A stretch of DNA of 64,000 nucleotides from Octopus sinensis (taxonomy: Eukaryota). This document shows, one piece after another, positions 12,500 to 25,623 of this stretch (position 1 is the stretch's first letter; each line of letters starts with the position of its first letter). A program made the position numbers and the translations under genes. The stretch lies in the NCBI RefSeq assembly GCF_006345805.1, contig NC_043006.1:72230001-72294000 (forward strand), written 5' to 3'. The notes under the pieces were generated by a model. The model had not been told where the DNA came from and made no database searches. It saw only the letters and a list, made by a program, of their open reading frames with translations.

Positions 12500-12780
12500 T
12501 ATATAACATTGCAGTTTATGACATGCAGTCTATATAATAGTATACTTTATATAATATTGCCGTTTCTGTTACAGTCTATATATTATCGTATTCTGTATAT
12601 ATGAGACAAGCAGTCAATACAATATTATTGCCTACATGATGTGCATTCTATATAATACTGTAGTCTATAAATATTGTTATCCATGTGATATGTAGTCTAT
12701 AATATATTACAGTTTATATAATATCGCAGTCTGTATAACTTTGTAGTTTATGTAACAAGCAGGTTATATAACATTGAAGT
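12500..12780. repeat. Degenerate minisatellite (~17-20-bp unit, gcagtctatataatatt-like)
   Basis: About 10 recurrences of (g/t)(c/t)agt(c/t)tat. Confidence 0.65.
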
Positions 12781-13904
12781 TCAGTTTTACTAAACGAAAA
12801 AAAATAGTTTCCAGTGTATTTCGCATTCAAAATATTTGAAAAGAATGAGCTAATGACCTTAACAGTTACATTGACTCAACAGTGGGGATTAGTACAAAAA
12901 AACTTAGTAAAATATCAAACCCGATGGGACGATGGAATCAGTCTAGAAACTACGAAAGACTATCCTGGGATCTCGATTATCCTGTGCGTAACAACTTAAT
13001 GAAACACCGAAAGAAAATTCTGGAGATTACATAAGGATTATTACTGTGACTTTTCTAGAAAGAGAAAAAACATCTGTAAAAAGTAACAAGGAAAATTATC
13101 CTGAAATATCTGAAGCTCACAGTATTCATGTCTGAATGTTTTGAGTGTGCGATGAAGGGATGAGCTATGACAGAATTTGCGATAAAAGTAACAATTTTCT
13201 GGTAGATTACAGGAAATTGTGTGAAAGTGTTTAGTCAATATTCGACCATCTAGAACCTTGGTCAGAGGGAGAAATGAAGCTTACTGTCAGCAACTGTGAG
13301 ACAACACCCTACGACTCTCACTAGCTCTAATTCTGTTCTCTTACAACATCATCTATTTTCTGTGGATTACTACTAACAATTTGTGTACGCCAAACTATGC
13401 AAAAAAAAAATTATAAATTCTACTGCATCTAACTTTCTTTCGCATGCTCTTGGATTTATCATAATCTGCCCGTCGAGGCAAGGTGTTATGTGTAGTTTGA
13501 GTTCTAATGGGATAGTCAATCAATTGAAAACCAATGTTATTGTTACATGTTTATTTTCTATTCATGATACACGGACTCGACGTTCAGCGTAGTAATACAT
13601 AATATACTTTACACACAGTTGTACTGTTCACTAACAAAATAGTGCCAAGAGTGGAGATGTAGTTTGGTATACGTAAACACATAGATATGAATGTGTAACA
13701 CAAGGTATTGTAACGTAACGGTAAATAAATATTTCCTTAAAACTTCATGCATTGTCCATCTTTCACATCTTACAACTTGCCGTAATAACAACAAATTTTT
13801 ATCGTTACCACTGCTGACTCCGACATTTCATAATATTGTTTACGAATCAATTTCTCCCGTTACACCATCAACAAAAACGACAATTAAATGGAATTTCTAA
13901 TTTC

Positions 13905-14190
13905 CTTGATCAAGAGCCTGCTGACTATCCACGAAAAACTCACATGAACCGCAAAACATCATGAAGAATCAGAGAAATTACTAGAATGGTTCACATGGGA
14001 ACCAAGAACTTGCGACCAAAGATAAAAGAGACGCAGAATCTGAAATATTACATATCTGCCACCCGCCTTTCCATAACATACAAGATTATCACCGAAAGGA
14101 GCAACCAGATTCTATTACCATCATCAAGGATGGAACAAACCCACGAAACAAGATGAAAGTATTAAAATGCCACCGAATAATTGTCTATGG
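13905..14190 (+). mobile_element. Decayed R4/Dong-like RT fragment
   Basis: Across frames: LLEWFT..., LRPKIKETQNLKYY.., TRLSITYKIIT, compared with the RT motif PKNYRPITCLxxxYKILT. Confidence 0.6.
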
Positions 14191-14375
14191 ATGCCTGGAA
14201 TTGCTTAGAGGTATTTCGTCCGTTGCTGCATTCTGAGTTCAAATTCCGCCGAGATCGACTTCACTTTTCATCCTTTCGGGGTCGATAAATTAAGTACCAG
14301 TTGAACACTGAGGTCGATGTAATCGATTCATCCCCTCCCCCAGAATTGTTGTCCTTATGGCAAAATTTAAAACCA
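14190..14375 (+). mobile_element. Family A SINE
   Basis: ctgagttcaaattccgccgagatcgact...ggggtcgataaattaagtaccagtt. Confidence 0.85.
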
Positions 14376-14777
14376 TTATTATTATTTATTTTGAACACGA
14401 GGTATGTACCCGGATTACATACTCACCTCGTTGTTACCGTATGACTGACTATCCGCGTATTTATTTTTGGTTTTTATATATTTGTAATAAAATTGCATAT
14501 ATTTATTTTTGCATTGGAACACAACTTCTACACGGATACCCACATAGGTACACACACACACACACACACACACCACACACACACACACACGCACGCACGC
14601 ACACACACACACACACACACACACATTTAAAAGAAAAAATGAAAATGGAGACATAAACTAAATGCTTAAAACCTATTGTTTTAAGGGAATTTCATTCCCC
14701 AAATAGTAGGTATTGAACCAGTATTTCCTTGGATGCAACCATCCTTTCATGAGGTTAACATATTTTCTAATTAAATT

Positions 14778-14871
<94 letters not shown>

Positions 14872-14874
14872 TCG

Positions 14875-15083
14875 CCCATGTTGATTCGCTAGCTTCTGCA
14901 CGCATTTTTTTTTCTCTCCTTGTTTCTTTCTGTGTTTCTTTTCTGTGTATCTTTCTGTTGAAGAGCGTAGGCTCGAAACGTAAAAGACTTGTTTTATTTA
15001 TATTCCTGAGCGCCATACTAATACAATTGTTTGTTTATATTCCACCTGCCTTCGTCTTTTGTTTATTTTCATAAAGCTTCCCG

Positions 15084-15085
<2 letters not shown>
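14875..15085 (+). mobile_element. Penelope-like terminal-repeat fragment between (GA)n/(TA)n tracts
   Basis: Contains TGAAGA-stem-GAAACGT (14959-14981), the hammerhead-like signature of PLE pseudo-LTRs; family assignment is inferred. Confidence 0.5.
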
Positions 15086-15142
<57 letters not shown>

Positions 15143-15149
15143 TACATAT

Positions 15150-15500
15150 AGAAGCAAAGCAGACCTGATATAATGGTTTGGGATAGAGAAGAGAAACTAT
15201 GCACAGTTGTGGAAATTAGATGCCCAGCGGATATTATCATAATGCTGAAGATCAGTGAAAAAACAGAACACCTATGCTGAACTATTGAGAAATCTGTAGT
15301 TATTCTATCTAGATTACAAGTTCAGGTTTATACCTGTAATTATTTGAGGCCCTGGGATATGCAACACACTGCCTAAATACCAATCTTGAGAAATTAGGCT
15401 TCTCAAAACCAATAAGGAGAAAGCTTATTCGAAAACTACAGATCCAGTCCATCACTTGAACTGTAAAAATCTGTAAAACTTCCCAGAAGTTTATCATTTA
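15150..15500 (+). mobile_element. RLE nuclease domain and C-terminus of an R4/Dong-like element
   Basis: RPDIMVWDREEKLCTVVEIRCPAD...(F)IPVII(G)ALGY...LGFSKPIRRKLIRKLQIQSI..TVKICKTF. Confidence 0.75.
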
Positions 15501-15574
15501 AATATATATGAGCATGTCTAGATATGCAAGTATATGCATGAGAATACATACATAAAACATACAGATCTGCACAT

Positions 15575-15815
15575 ATACATACATACATGCATACATACAT
15601 ACATACATACATACATACATACATACATACATACATACATACATACATACATACATACATACATACATACATACATACATACATACAATACCCTACAGTT
15701 AATGTTAAAATTCCAATGAAGGAGCCTTGGATCTCGGTTAGAAACTAGTTCTTTCTCTATTGGCAAGAACTCTTGAAATAAACTAATGACATACATACAT
15801 ACAAACATACATAAA
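15575..15815. repeat. (CATA)n tracts
   Basis: Direct read. Confidence 0.95.
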
Positions 15816-16087
15816 CACACCAAGCTAAGTTAAAAGATATTTTGGAATTTCACTGATGATTTTTGGCAGCTTGTATCTCCATGTTATATCATTAATTTGA
15901 TACAATTTCTTGTCCAATCGTTACTGAATAGTTTATTTTCTCTATTTTCATGCATAACATAAACAGTAATTGTTTATTCTATATTTTACAGCTTTGATAA
16001 TGAGTGGTGAAAAATTTGCAATTAGAGCCATTTCACGTTACATGTAGAAAAAAAACGACTGAGTGCATATGTATGTATATGTAAATA

Positions 16088-16976
16088 TACGCGGTGCGTT
16101 CAAAAAGTATGTGACTTTATTTTTTTCCGCCAAAACTAATGACGTATAGGCAAAATCCTTTGGCTGGGAGATGATGCCAGCCTTCCTGCGCATGAGCGAT
16201 AATTTTCGCACCGGTAGGCAGCGTCAGCCCCTGGTCGTTATGCCTGGAGTACAGACGTTTAGTGCGCACTCGTCGGATTTTCGTTTTCACGCAAGATGAG
16301 CGAACGCATCGAGCAGAGACCATAAACCCATGTCCTGTTACCAGTGATGATGCTCTTCTTGAAGTCTGAGTCCAGCATATCAGAGAGGTTTCCATGCGGA
16401 GCTGCTTCTGCTGCTCAGCCAGCACCTTGGGGGCGAATTTCGCCGACACTCCCCACATGCACAAATCTTAAATTAAAATGGAATGCGCTGATTCTGTGCT
16501 TATTCTCACTGCGTGAGCAACTTCCAGGATTGTCACACGACTGTCTTTCATGATTATTCGCCAAACCTTCTCAATGCTCCTCATGCTGGATTGTGGGTGA
16601 CCTGCTGAAGCGTGTCTCGCTCTCCACTGAAGTACAGCCATGTTTGAAGTGATTGTACCATTCCTCGATCTGATTTTCGCCCATGGCATCATCGCTGCTG
16701 AATCTTCTGGATGGTTTCTGCTTGAGTATCGTGAAGGTTTTTGGCAAAAATGGATACCATATCGCTGCTCGATGCGTTCAATGAAAACCAACATCCGACA
16801 AGCACGCATTACACTTCGGTACTCTTTGCGTAGCAGCCGGGTACAGACGTGGCCTACCGGTACGAAAATTTCCCCGCATGCGCGGGAAGGGCACTTCACC
16901 TCCCATCCGAATGATTTTGCGGCATTAATTTTGGTGGTGAAAAATAAAGCCTAATGCTTTTTGAACGTACCTCGTA
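16088..16976. mobile_element. Chimeric mariner derivative with two 5' ends; TA-flanked TIRs
   Basis: TA|cgcggtgcgttcaaaaagt on the left and reverse-complement TA|cgaggtacgttcaaaaagc on the right. Minus strand reads IEQRYGIHFCQK...DSRVTILEVAHAVRISTESAHSIL..VSAKFAPK..TG(N)RTWVYG; the plus-strand left arm ends in MSERIEQR. Confidence 0.85.
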
Positions 16977-16994
16977 TGTATGTCTATAATGCAT

Positions 16995-17215
16995 GCGGAA
17001 ATGAGTGGCTTAATGGTTGAATTGTTGGACTTATTATCGTAAGGTTGTAGTTTCGATTCCTAAATCAGGTCATGCACTGTGTTCTTGAGCCAAAAACATT
17101 TCACGTAGCTCCAGTTCACTTTGCTGGCAAAAATAATTAACCCTGCCGCAGCTCGGTGTTCCCTCCAGGGAGTGAAATCTAAACGTCACAGAATCCAGAA
17201 AAACTGACCCTATGA
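16995..17215 (+). mobile_element. Family D SINE (degenerate)
   Basis: gtggcttaatggtt...gtttcgattcc...ttcttgagccaaaaacatttcacgtagctccagttcact. Confidence 0.7.
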
Positions 17216-17319
17216 GTATATATGACTCGGAAAGGACTTTTGATCCTTTTTGGTCCTTTAATCTGTGTGTGTGTGCACGCGCGTTTATGCATATGAACAT
17301 AATACTCACATGTGTATGT

Positions 17320-17877
<558 letters not shown>

Positions 17878-18134
17878 GATGTGTGCCTGTATATGTGTAT
17901 TTGATTTACTATTGTAAATGTAATAAAAGTAAGACAATAAAGTGATTGGAAAAGTCATATTATTTTTGTTGCGTTTAATGATCTTATTCATCACGACTGC
18001 CATCATCATTTACATTGTTGTTATGTAACAAATTCCCACCTCAAAAGGAATGCGATGTGCATGGTTTTTTGCAAGTATCTTATAGCGATAAAGAAATGTC
18101 TTAAAAGAAATACAGGAGATGGAGAAATATGTTT

Positions 18135-18310
18135 CTTTCTAATATAGGCACACGGCCTGAAATTTTGGGGGAAGGAGTACTCATCTGGTACTTGTCTTAT
18201 CGAGCGCAATAAGATGAAAGGCCGAGTCGACCTCGGCAGAATGTAAACGTAAAGCGCCAAAAGAAATACGTATTTTGTCCAATCCGCTAACGATTTTACC
18301 AGATCGCTAC
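18135..18310 (-). mobile_element. Family A SINE
   Basis: aggcacacggcctgaaattttggggg...gtcgacctcggcagaat. Confidence 0.8.
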
Positions 18311-18958
18311 TTGAGATTAAGAAATTATTAAAATATGTTTGCGAAAACTTTCAGACTGTGTCAGAGAAGGGATGGAAATAATGCCTCCTGAACTGTATTT
18401 CATCTCCCAGATTGGTGAGAGGGATACTGTTAATGTTTAGTTTAAACATCTGTAAGTCCACTTTATGAAAAATATGGGCAAATCCCTGGGAGATTGAAAC
18501 CAGAGGACAAATATTACTGGAGTGTTTAATATAGGTTTATAGTAGACAGACAGTATGCATATAATAGGCCAAGACGAGCTGTATACATCCTACTATTTCA
18601 AAGAAACAGAAGTAGGCGAAGTGACAATAGAAAAGACTAAGGAAAGATAGAGCGGAGTGTTTGAGACTGCGTGTCGGTGAGTCGGACAATCAGGAAAATG
18701 AGCATTTTTAAAAACGCAGCCTAGGATGTTGTTTATGTAGCAGAGGCACTGTTTCAAATATACGAAGTTTATAATACTCTGAGCAACACTCCATCTGTAT
18801 GTTGTTATGTTATTTTAGGAATATGAGAAGTAAGGAATATAGTTCGGAAAAAAAAATCATAGAATAATATAAGTTTCAATTAATTTAGCCAAAAGGGAGA
18901 GGTTTTGTCATTTAGTGAGGTTTTGATCGGAATCGAGTTACCTTGCTTGAATTTCCAG

Positions 18959-19028
18959 CTATGAGTTTCACCCAATTCATATAGCCATAAAAGACACGGT
19001 CGTCCTCTCGAGAGAACAAAACAGACAT
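18959..19028 (+). CDS. Candidate exon (YEFHPIHIAIKDTVVLSREQNRH), phase 2-0
   Basis: tttccag| ... cat|gtaaat; single open frame; phase-compatible with exon 23195. Confidence 0.3.
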
Positions 19029-20280
19029 GTAAATGTTTACTGGCCAATCAGTATTGGCCAGTGTGTATCGACTAAAGTGGGTTCAGTAAATAATCTGTTA
19101 ATTTGCAATTCGAAGACTCTAGAAAGTTTTGCCGAGGGTTATATCAACTGACGATTTTCACTCCACACCCGAGTCGCATCGAATTCCACATGGAACTTTG
19201 TCACTTTATTTCTCGAGATGTGCTCTCGTTTCTTTCTACTTGTCTAAGAATACATGTTTGACAAAGGTTCATCTATCCTTGAGTTTTAATGGCAGTATAC
19301 ATCCATCTATTTATCATTCATGAAGTTCTGCGGGCCACAGATTGCCCACGAATCGTCTAGATTGTGAAAATAAAATAGCTGAAACTATTTATAGTATCTC
19401 CACCGAGGAGGAATGACAGTCGCGCTGTAGTGTAATCGGTACTGCAGTCAGCCGATAAGCAATTGAATAGTCATATTAGTTTCTTCTTTGGTCCAGTTGC
19501 TATTTTTTGTTTCAAATAAGTGCTTATAATGTCTAATATCGTTTATATTAAACTTAATGAAATCGATTTTGCTCTAAGTTTTATTGATAGTGAAGGGATT
19601 CAAACCCCGAGTCACCACAGTTTCACAGCGTGAAGCTGTGGCGTGATATGGCTCTTCGAATGATATACAATTCACCCACTTTTCACCCTATAAAAACTGT
19701 TTGGCGCCTAGCTCAGCCAGACGACCGTGGGAATTCAGGCGGACCACCTTGGGCACTCACAGAATGCAGACCGCTAAGACCACTCGAGCAAGAGACGTTT
19801 TCGGACACTCATACACGATGTTCCACAGCTAGCCTTCTTCAAGACATAGAGGAGTTCTCTCTTCCCAGTCGGCGGTTATATTATGTCTACATCTTTCATT
19901 TGTAGACAGCCAGTACGGTAAATAATGTCCATTATTAAATATGTTAAAAGTTAAAAGTTCGTGAGATTGCTTCATTTATTATGAACGCAGCCAGTTAAAC
20001 CACACGACGATCGTCGTCAACATTGCACATCCAACTTCGCAATCCCACAACAATGGTAACAAATCATCCACTCGCAACAAGAGCATTAGAATTTAAATGA
20101 ATTATAAAAGAGAGTATTTGATATATTTATCACAATAATTCGATACGTTTTGGGAAACTAGAGGTAACGACAAGATGGAGAAAAAAAAATTTTAAAAGAA
20201 TGATTGAGATAAAGAATTAACTTTCAGTAAAGAAATGATCATTGTCATTTAAAAAGACACAAAATTGGTAGAGAAGTAAG

Positions 20281-20540
20281 AATACATATTCTGTTGTGCC
20301 TGGGGAGAATAATTTTCTTTTTTTGCCTTATAATTTAACACACTCACCGGTAAAATTTCCACTTATTTCTTATTTCTATTTTCCTAAAATGTTCGTTGCG
20401 TCTTGCAACCTTTTCAATAGTCTATTGAAAAGACTATGAAAAGGTTGCAAGACTCAACGAAAATTTTACCGGTGAGTGTGTTAAATTATAAGGCACAAAA
20501 AGAAAATGACTCTCTCCAGACACAACAGAATATGCTTCAA
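20281..20540. repeat. ~260-bp nested inverted repeat (palindrome)
   Basis: gccttataatttaacacactcaccggtaaaattt pairs with aaattttaccggtgagtgtgttaaattataaggc; the inner arms gtcttgcaaccttttca / tgaaaaggttgcaagac also pair. Confidence 0.92.
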
Positions 20541-21595
20541 CACACGAACTCATATAAAGAATCTTGCAAACCAAATCCAAAAACGAAATAAGAATATATA
20601 AAGAAGTAGAAAATAGTTAAATGAATTGAATTAATCCACATAATTTGAAAAATGTAATAAAATTTACTAGAATGCAATAAAAGCAATGAGCATAATAAGA
20701 TGTTCATTATTTAAAATCATTTATTAATTATTTTCTTAGTTGGCACCGCATTATTTAAGTAGTGCTTTTCAAACATTTTAAACTCTCACTTTTTTTTTTT
20801 TTACTAACACTTTTTAACGTCCCTCATGCAATAATTGAACGTTCTCTATTTTTAACATACATACACATAACTTCAGGTCAGAGTAATTCCAGACATTAGT
20901 TTGACACAGCTAACTACTTATAATAGCACCACCCTTCTAATGGCCAATATTTGACGCATCACCGCTTGACCTTACTTACTGATCCAAACTCTAGTACGTG
21001 GTTTCGGACAAACTCATGTATGTATTCATTGAGATTCATATATGCCCCGCAGATACCTCTGAAAACTTATCTTTATGTTCTGATTTATAGTTGCATTTTT
21101 TATATATACACACACATAGACACACACACATACACGCGCGCGCGCACATACACATACTAATTTTATCTGCTCAAGTGTGAGTTTATACACATGGGTAGAT
21201 TATGAGATTAACAGGTGACACTCACAGCTAGAACCAATAATGTTCAAGAATGTATGTTTGGATATATACGCATACATATGTCAGGATGTTACTTAACGTT
21301 ACAGGTGCAGCGGCCAACTGTATTGCATGTATGGAAATACCTCCAAAGTTTTGAGAATGTCTTTTAAATTACAGCTTAGTTTATTGATTATAATTTATAT
21401 GCATAAATAGTAAATATTCAATTTTGTTTATTTACTTATTCACACATTTCAAAGTCTACAATATGTTGCTGCTGTTATTATTGTTATTCTCATTGCAGTT
21501 ATGATTGTGGCTAACAAGCAGTTTATCATCATAATTTAGGTGATGCAGGTCGTTATGAGCCACCTAATATGGCTCACAGAAGGTTGTCATTTCGC

Positions 21596-21903
21596 TGGTA
21601 GTAAACCCGGATGAAAAACATATACACGCGAGGTTGCAACTTAAACACGTTTATTATGGCCACACGTATATACATAATGGAATGATAAATAGAATGGTTG
21701 GTGTGTAAAGGCCGTGTCTTCTGTGATATGCTCCTATCTGTTGGGTGTTGAGAGAAGCTAGATCACATCTTCGCAGTTCGAGGTCCCAGTGCAGAAAGAG
21801 GAACAGATGGGGTCACGTGCCTGAACCTTAATGTTGTGTAACGCTCTCTACCGCTGTATAGCCAGCTTGTTTACCCGTTGCCAAGGGAGGTAATGCTCCT
21901 ACA
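21596..21903 (-). mobile_element. Possible solo LTR
   Basis: Minus strand starts TGTAG and ends CTACCA, with AATAAA about 55 nt from the end and higher GC than the flanks; no TSD found. Confidence 0.4.
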
Positions 21904-22649
21904 ATAATATTGCATTTAAAATTTGCAAATTTATATTTAAATAGGAGGTAAAACTAAAAATAAATTGTACAGATCCATTTATTGTTTTCTGTTGCCCGTT
22001 GTTCCCAGTGCCCATATGAAATTTTCCATCATCGTCCCCGCCCTCACCCAGGGGGCAATATCGTACACTTTGAGAAGCGCTGGTTTAAAGTGAAAAGAGT
22101 ATTGTTCATAGACTTTGTACACTTTCTCCCAGATTGGTTATAGATCAATTCGATCGATATTCAACTTAAACTTATGCGTGATCCCTGTTAGAAAAAATGA
22201 ACAAAGGGGGAATTCCAAGGAATTACAATTCTGGATGGAAAGAAATTTGCTCCATATACGAATTTTGAAGGCGAAATGCAAATGGTTCCTTTTCCTCTCC
22301 CCTCACGCCATTCGATATATCGAGAAGAGACGAAAGGATAGAAGCAGACAGTCTATAAGTTCGGAAGAATAGGGGCTGATACAGTAATAGTTGAAGAGAC
22401 GTGCTACTCAAGAATTCACAACGACAAGTGGTGTTAGTGAATTCTTGATTGGTGTTTTGACACCCATTTGGATTATTTCTCTTTGGATATAGTGAGTAGC
22501 TGCAGCTTCATGAAAAGTACGAGAATTATGTCAGTGTGTGTTACACATGTAATTTGTACAAGGGCAGTAACTGATGGAAAGTGAACATTTTTTTTTTAAT
22601 TTGAAGAAGTATATTCTCTGAGATTCTTAAATGGATAAGCTATAGATTA

Positions 22650-23040
22650 CAAACGTCTCTAATGTAACTGTGAATTGCACTGTAAGCACATTTTCTTGAT
22701 ATGTATGTAACGATATTTAGAGCTGCAAAGAAGACAGGTAGCTATATTTCCATTGGAGAATGTCTCCAAAGTATCTGTACGTAAAGTACTCAGAGACAGT
22801 GGTTAATATACAGACCGAAGAGTACGGGGAGATAACAAAACCCTGAAGCTCCCCTGAGTTTGGTAGAGAAATGTGGTAAGTTGAGAGAGCCGTTGACATG
22901 CGCTGGAATGGAATAGTTGGATAGGAAACTCCCAATTCAAAAGATGAGAGATGGCTCGCTGAAATTGTGTGGGCCCCCTTCACTCCAGATTCAGCAGACC
23001 TATACGATGCATAGTCGGCCGAAACGATTAGCCGTAACCT
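22650..23040 (-). mobile_element. Ancient CR1/L2-type RT remnant
   Basis: Frame-broken I(G)SFLSNYSIPAHVNGS..NSGELQGFVISP..LFGLYIN resembles WIxSFLSxRxQxVxVNG...SGVPQGSVLSPxLFxLYIN. Confidence 0.5.
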
Positions 23041-23194
23041 ACAAATTTATTTTCTCAGTTATATCATGTCTCCACCCAGCTGAGGGCCACAGTTCATGAC
23101 CCGGTATATAGTATTGAATCGTATGAAGTACATTGTGTTAGTCTGAATATGTTGCGCGCTCTTCTCAGCTCAATCTATTTCTGTATGTCCGTAG

Positions 23195-23222
23195 ATACTG
23201 GTTGTGGCTATACAGAAGACAG
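23195..23222 (+). CDS. Candidate 28-nt micro-exon (ILVVAIQKT)
   Basis: tttctgtatgtccgtag| ... cag|gtaaga; phase 0-1. Confidence 0.42.
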
Positions 23223-24977
23223 GTAAGATAGACTCGGTCATTGCGAAGCACTTGTTCTTCTGCATTTGTTATTGTGTTGTGAATCTCATTGCAATGCTTG
23301 TGTTTAACAACAAGGAGAATGTTGTACTCACATTTTTTTTTTAGTACAATAAAGAATATGGAATGTTGCCACATTATCAATGAGATGAACGATCGTCTGT
23401 TTTCCTCATCTGTTTTATTGTTACGAGTGGAACGCGACGATTCCAAGTAAAGGAACCAACAGAATAACGCCGAAAAGTTCTGCTCTTATCAGCGATTTAG
23501 TCGGACATCTTGTGTGGTTAAGTGAAGATAGACAGATAAATAGAGCGAGGGGGATGGAGAGAGAGAGGGGGGAGAGTAAGTGAATGAATACGAATGCCGA
23601 CGGCCATAGCGTTATCCTATGCTAGTCGAGGTTAGGTCATTTCATGTTACTGACTCTTCATATTTATCATGTCCAGCCGATCGTGGTTAGCGCTTTATGT
23701 GTTTGGTTCTCTTTTGTCAGTTAGCAAACCTCTACTTCTCTGTGGTTGAGTGACTGATCAGTTGTTTGCTCCTATTTATATGAATTCATTTAGCTAAATC
23801 AAAACTTGACAGAGCTGTAATATTTGTTTCGTCAGTGTCTTTGCTAACGTCAGTTAATGAAATTGATGCGTAGTTAGACGTCCTTTTTTTTTTCTTTTAT
23901 AACGTACCCACTCAATTTGAAAGATCAGCTTTTTGATTACGAAAATCCAACTGAAAGAAAAACAGTTTGGGCTTAAACTGAGCAGAGACCTGTTACAAAT
24001 ATTATTATAATCATTATAATATTATTGTTATATAACATCAGTAACATGATATGTAAATGACTGATTCTGATAAAGACAGCGAATACACTTCTATAACAAC
24101 AGGTCGACTGCCAAACTGTGTCTTCTTTCTGATACATTCTGAGAAATCTGAGACCTGGTTTTGAAGTATCTTATAGAATTTTGTTCCCAAACACTCACAA
24201 CAAAACTAGGTTAATTCTTAATCATATCTGAGCTGAAGACACTTCCCAATTTATTTTGAAGCAGAAAAACAAACAACCTGAAAATATTTTAAAAACAAAC
24301 ACGAATACTAGTTCTGCAAATATGATACCGAAACATGAAAACTGAAAGCGGCGATGATTTTCATAAGATATAGCTTCACACATTTTAAATAAAAACAAAT
24401 TAGTCCTTATTCAATGGCAAAAACAAGAAACGCAACATACTTGTGTTTAATAGGATTCCCTCCCTCCGAAAATCTACAGGATCTACAGTATAAGTTTGAA
24501 GTAAAATGAGATCCATTTTCAAAATGTAAAAATAAGACGCTTTTAGTTTATTTGCTCTATATTTCACTTTCTGTTTGTTTTGAAGGATATTTGACAGAAC
24601 TCTGTCCTGTTAGAAACAGACGGTTTAAGTTAAACTAATTCCACCTCCTTCATTTTCTTATATTGACATAAATGAACTTCTATTGCCTCAGCATATTGCT
24701 TCTAAATCACATGTTAGCCTTCTGAAAACTTTTCCAGGCTATTAATATTTAACATTTGTTTATTTAATTTGGTAAGTTCCTTTTTCATTTAATTACAATA
24801 TTCTTGAATGTCAGCGGTAAAGCGCCAAGTCAATAACCTCAAAATTGCTGGTTCAGTTCTTGGTTCTCGTGTTCCAGGAGTCAATTTCTTTAGAATCGAA
24901 TGTGCGGGAGACACTCATATATCCATAGATAATTCAAAATAAAAACAATCAACTATTTTTACTTCTATAACATTCAG

Positions 24978-25007
24978 AAGTTGGTCCTGTTAAATCGTTA
25001 GAAGATG
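24978..25007 (+). CDS. Candidate 30-nt micro-exon (EVGPVKSLED)
   Basis: ttttttacttctataacattcag| ... atg|gtatag; only phase 1-1 is open. Confidence 0.42.
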
Positions 25008-25623
25008 GTATAGGTTCGCTTCTCTGCTTGAAATATATGTCGAGTGCAGATTGCATCGATAACCAGCTTGAGGAAGCTTCCTCTTGAGGTTAAAAATGGT
25101 AGTCACGTCGGTTCGTACAGAACAGCCATGTTGAAGGGGCGACAAGCATTACTTCAAAAAATCTAAATTTTAATTTAATCCCACCTGTGACAAGCTCCGG
25201 GTGTGTTTTAGCATTAAATATACGTACAAGAAATGCACACGAGTTCCCTGAAATGGACCAAAACATGCTCGTACTTGTCAAAAACAGATTCAGTTAACAT
25301 AAGTCTTAGGGCTTATATTTTCCTCACCTTATTACAACAGTAATTTTATAATTGAAAGTTTTTTTGGTTTCTTCATTAAGCATCTTAGCACTCACTTTAC
25401 TATCGTTTTATGCAGATGGTGTTCCTATACATCAATCCATTCATTCATCCATAAATACATCCCGACCAACTTGTCTCACATGTTTTCCTTGTTCTCAATA
25501 CACTGATGACAACTCGCTTCTCAGACCCTGCACCAACTACTTTTTCTCTGCACTTCTCTCCCCAGTCACGTTTTCTTACGAATTGAACATCAAAATCAGT
25601 ATCTATCTCTCCGGTCTTGATTT

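Noticed and set aside
13080-13260. hAT dimerisation-like peptide (YPEIS...)
   Set aside because: Similarity is too weak and no TIRs or 8-bp TSD were seen.
19630-19905. GC-richer 91-aa ORF with a tggcgcc PBS-like word
   Set aside because: No recognisable domain, no adjacent LTR and no convincing splice sites.
23590-23615. 5S rRNA-like start (gccgacggccatagc)
   Set aside because: Similarity is limited to about 15 nt; no downstream 5S sequence or internal control region.
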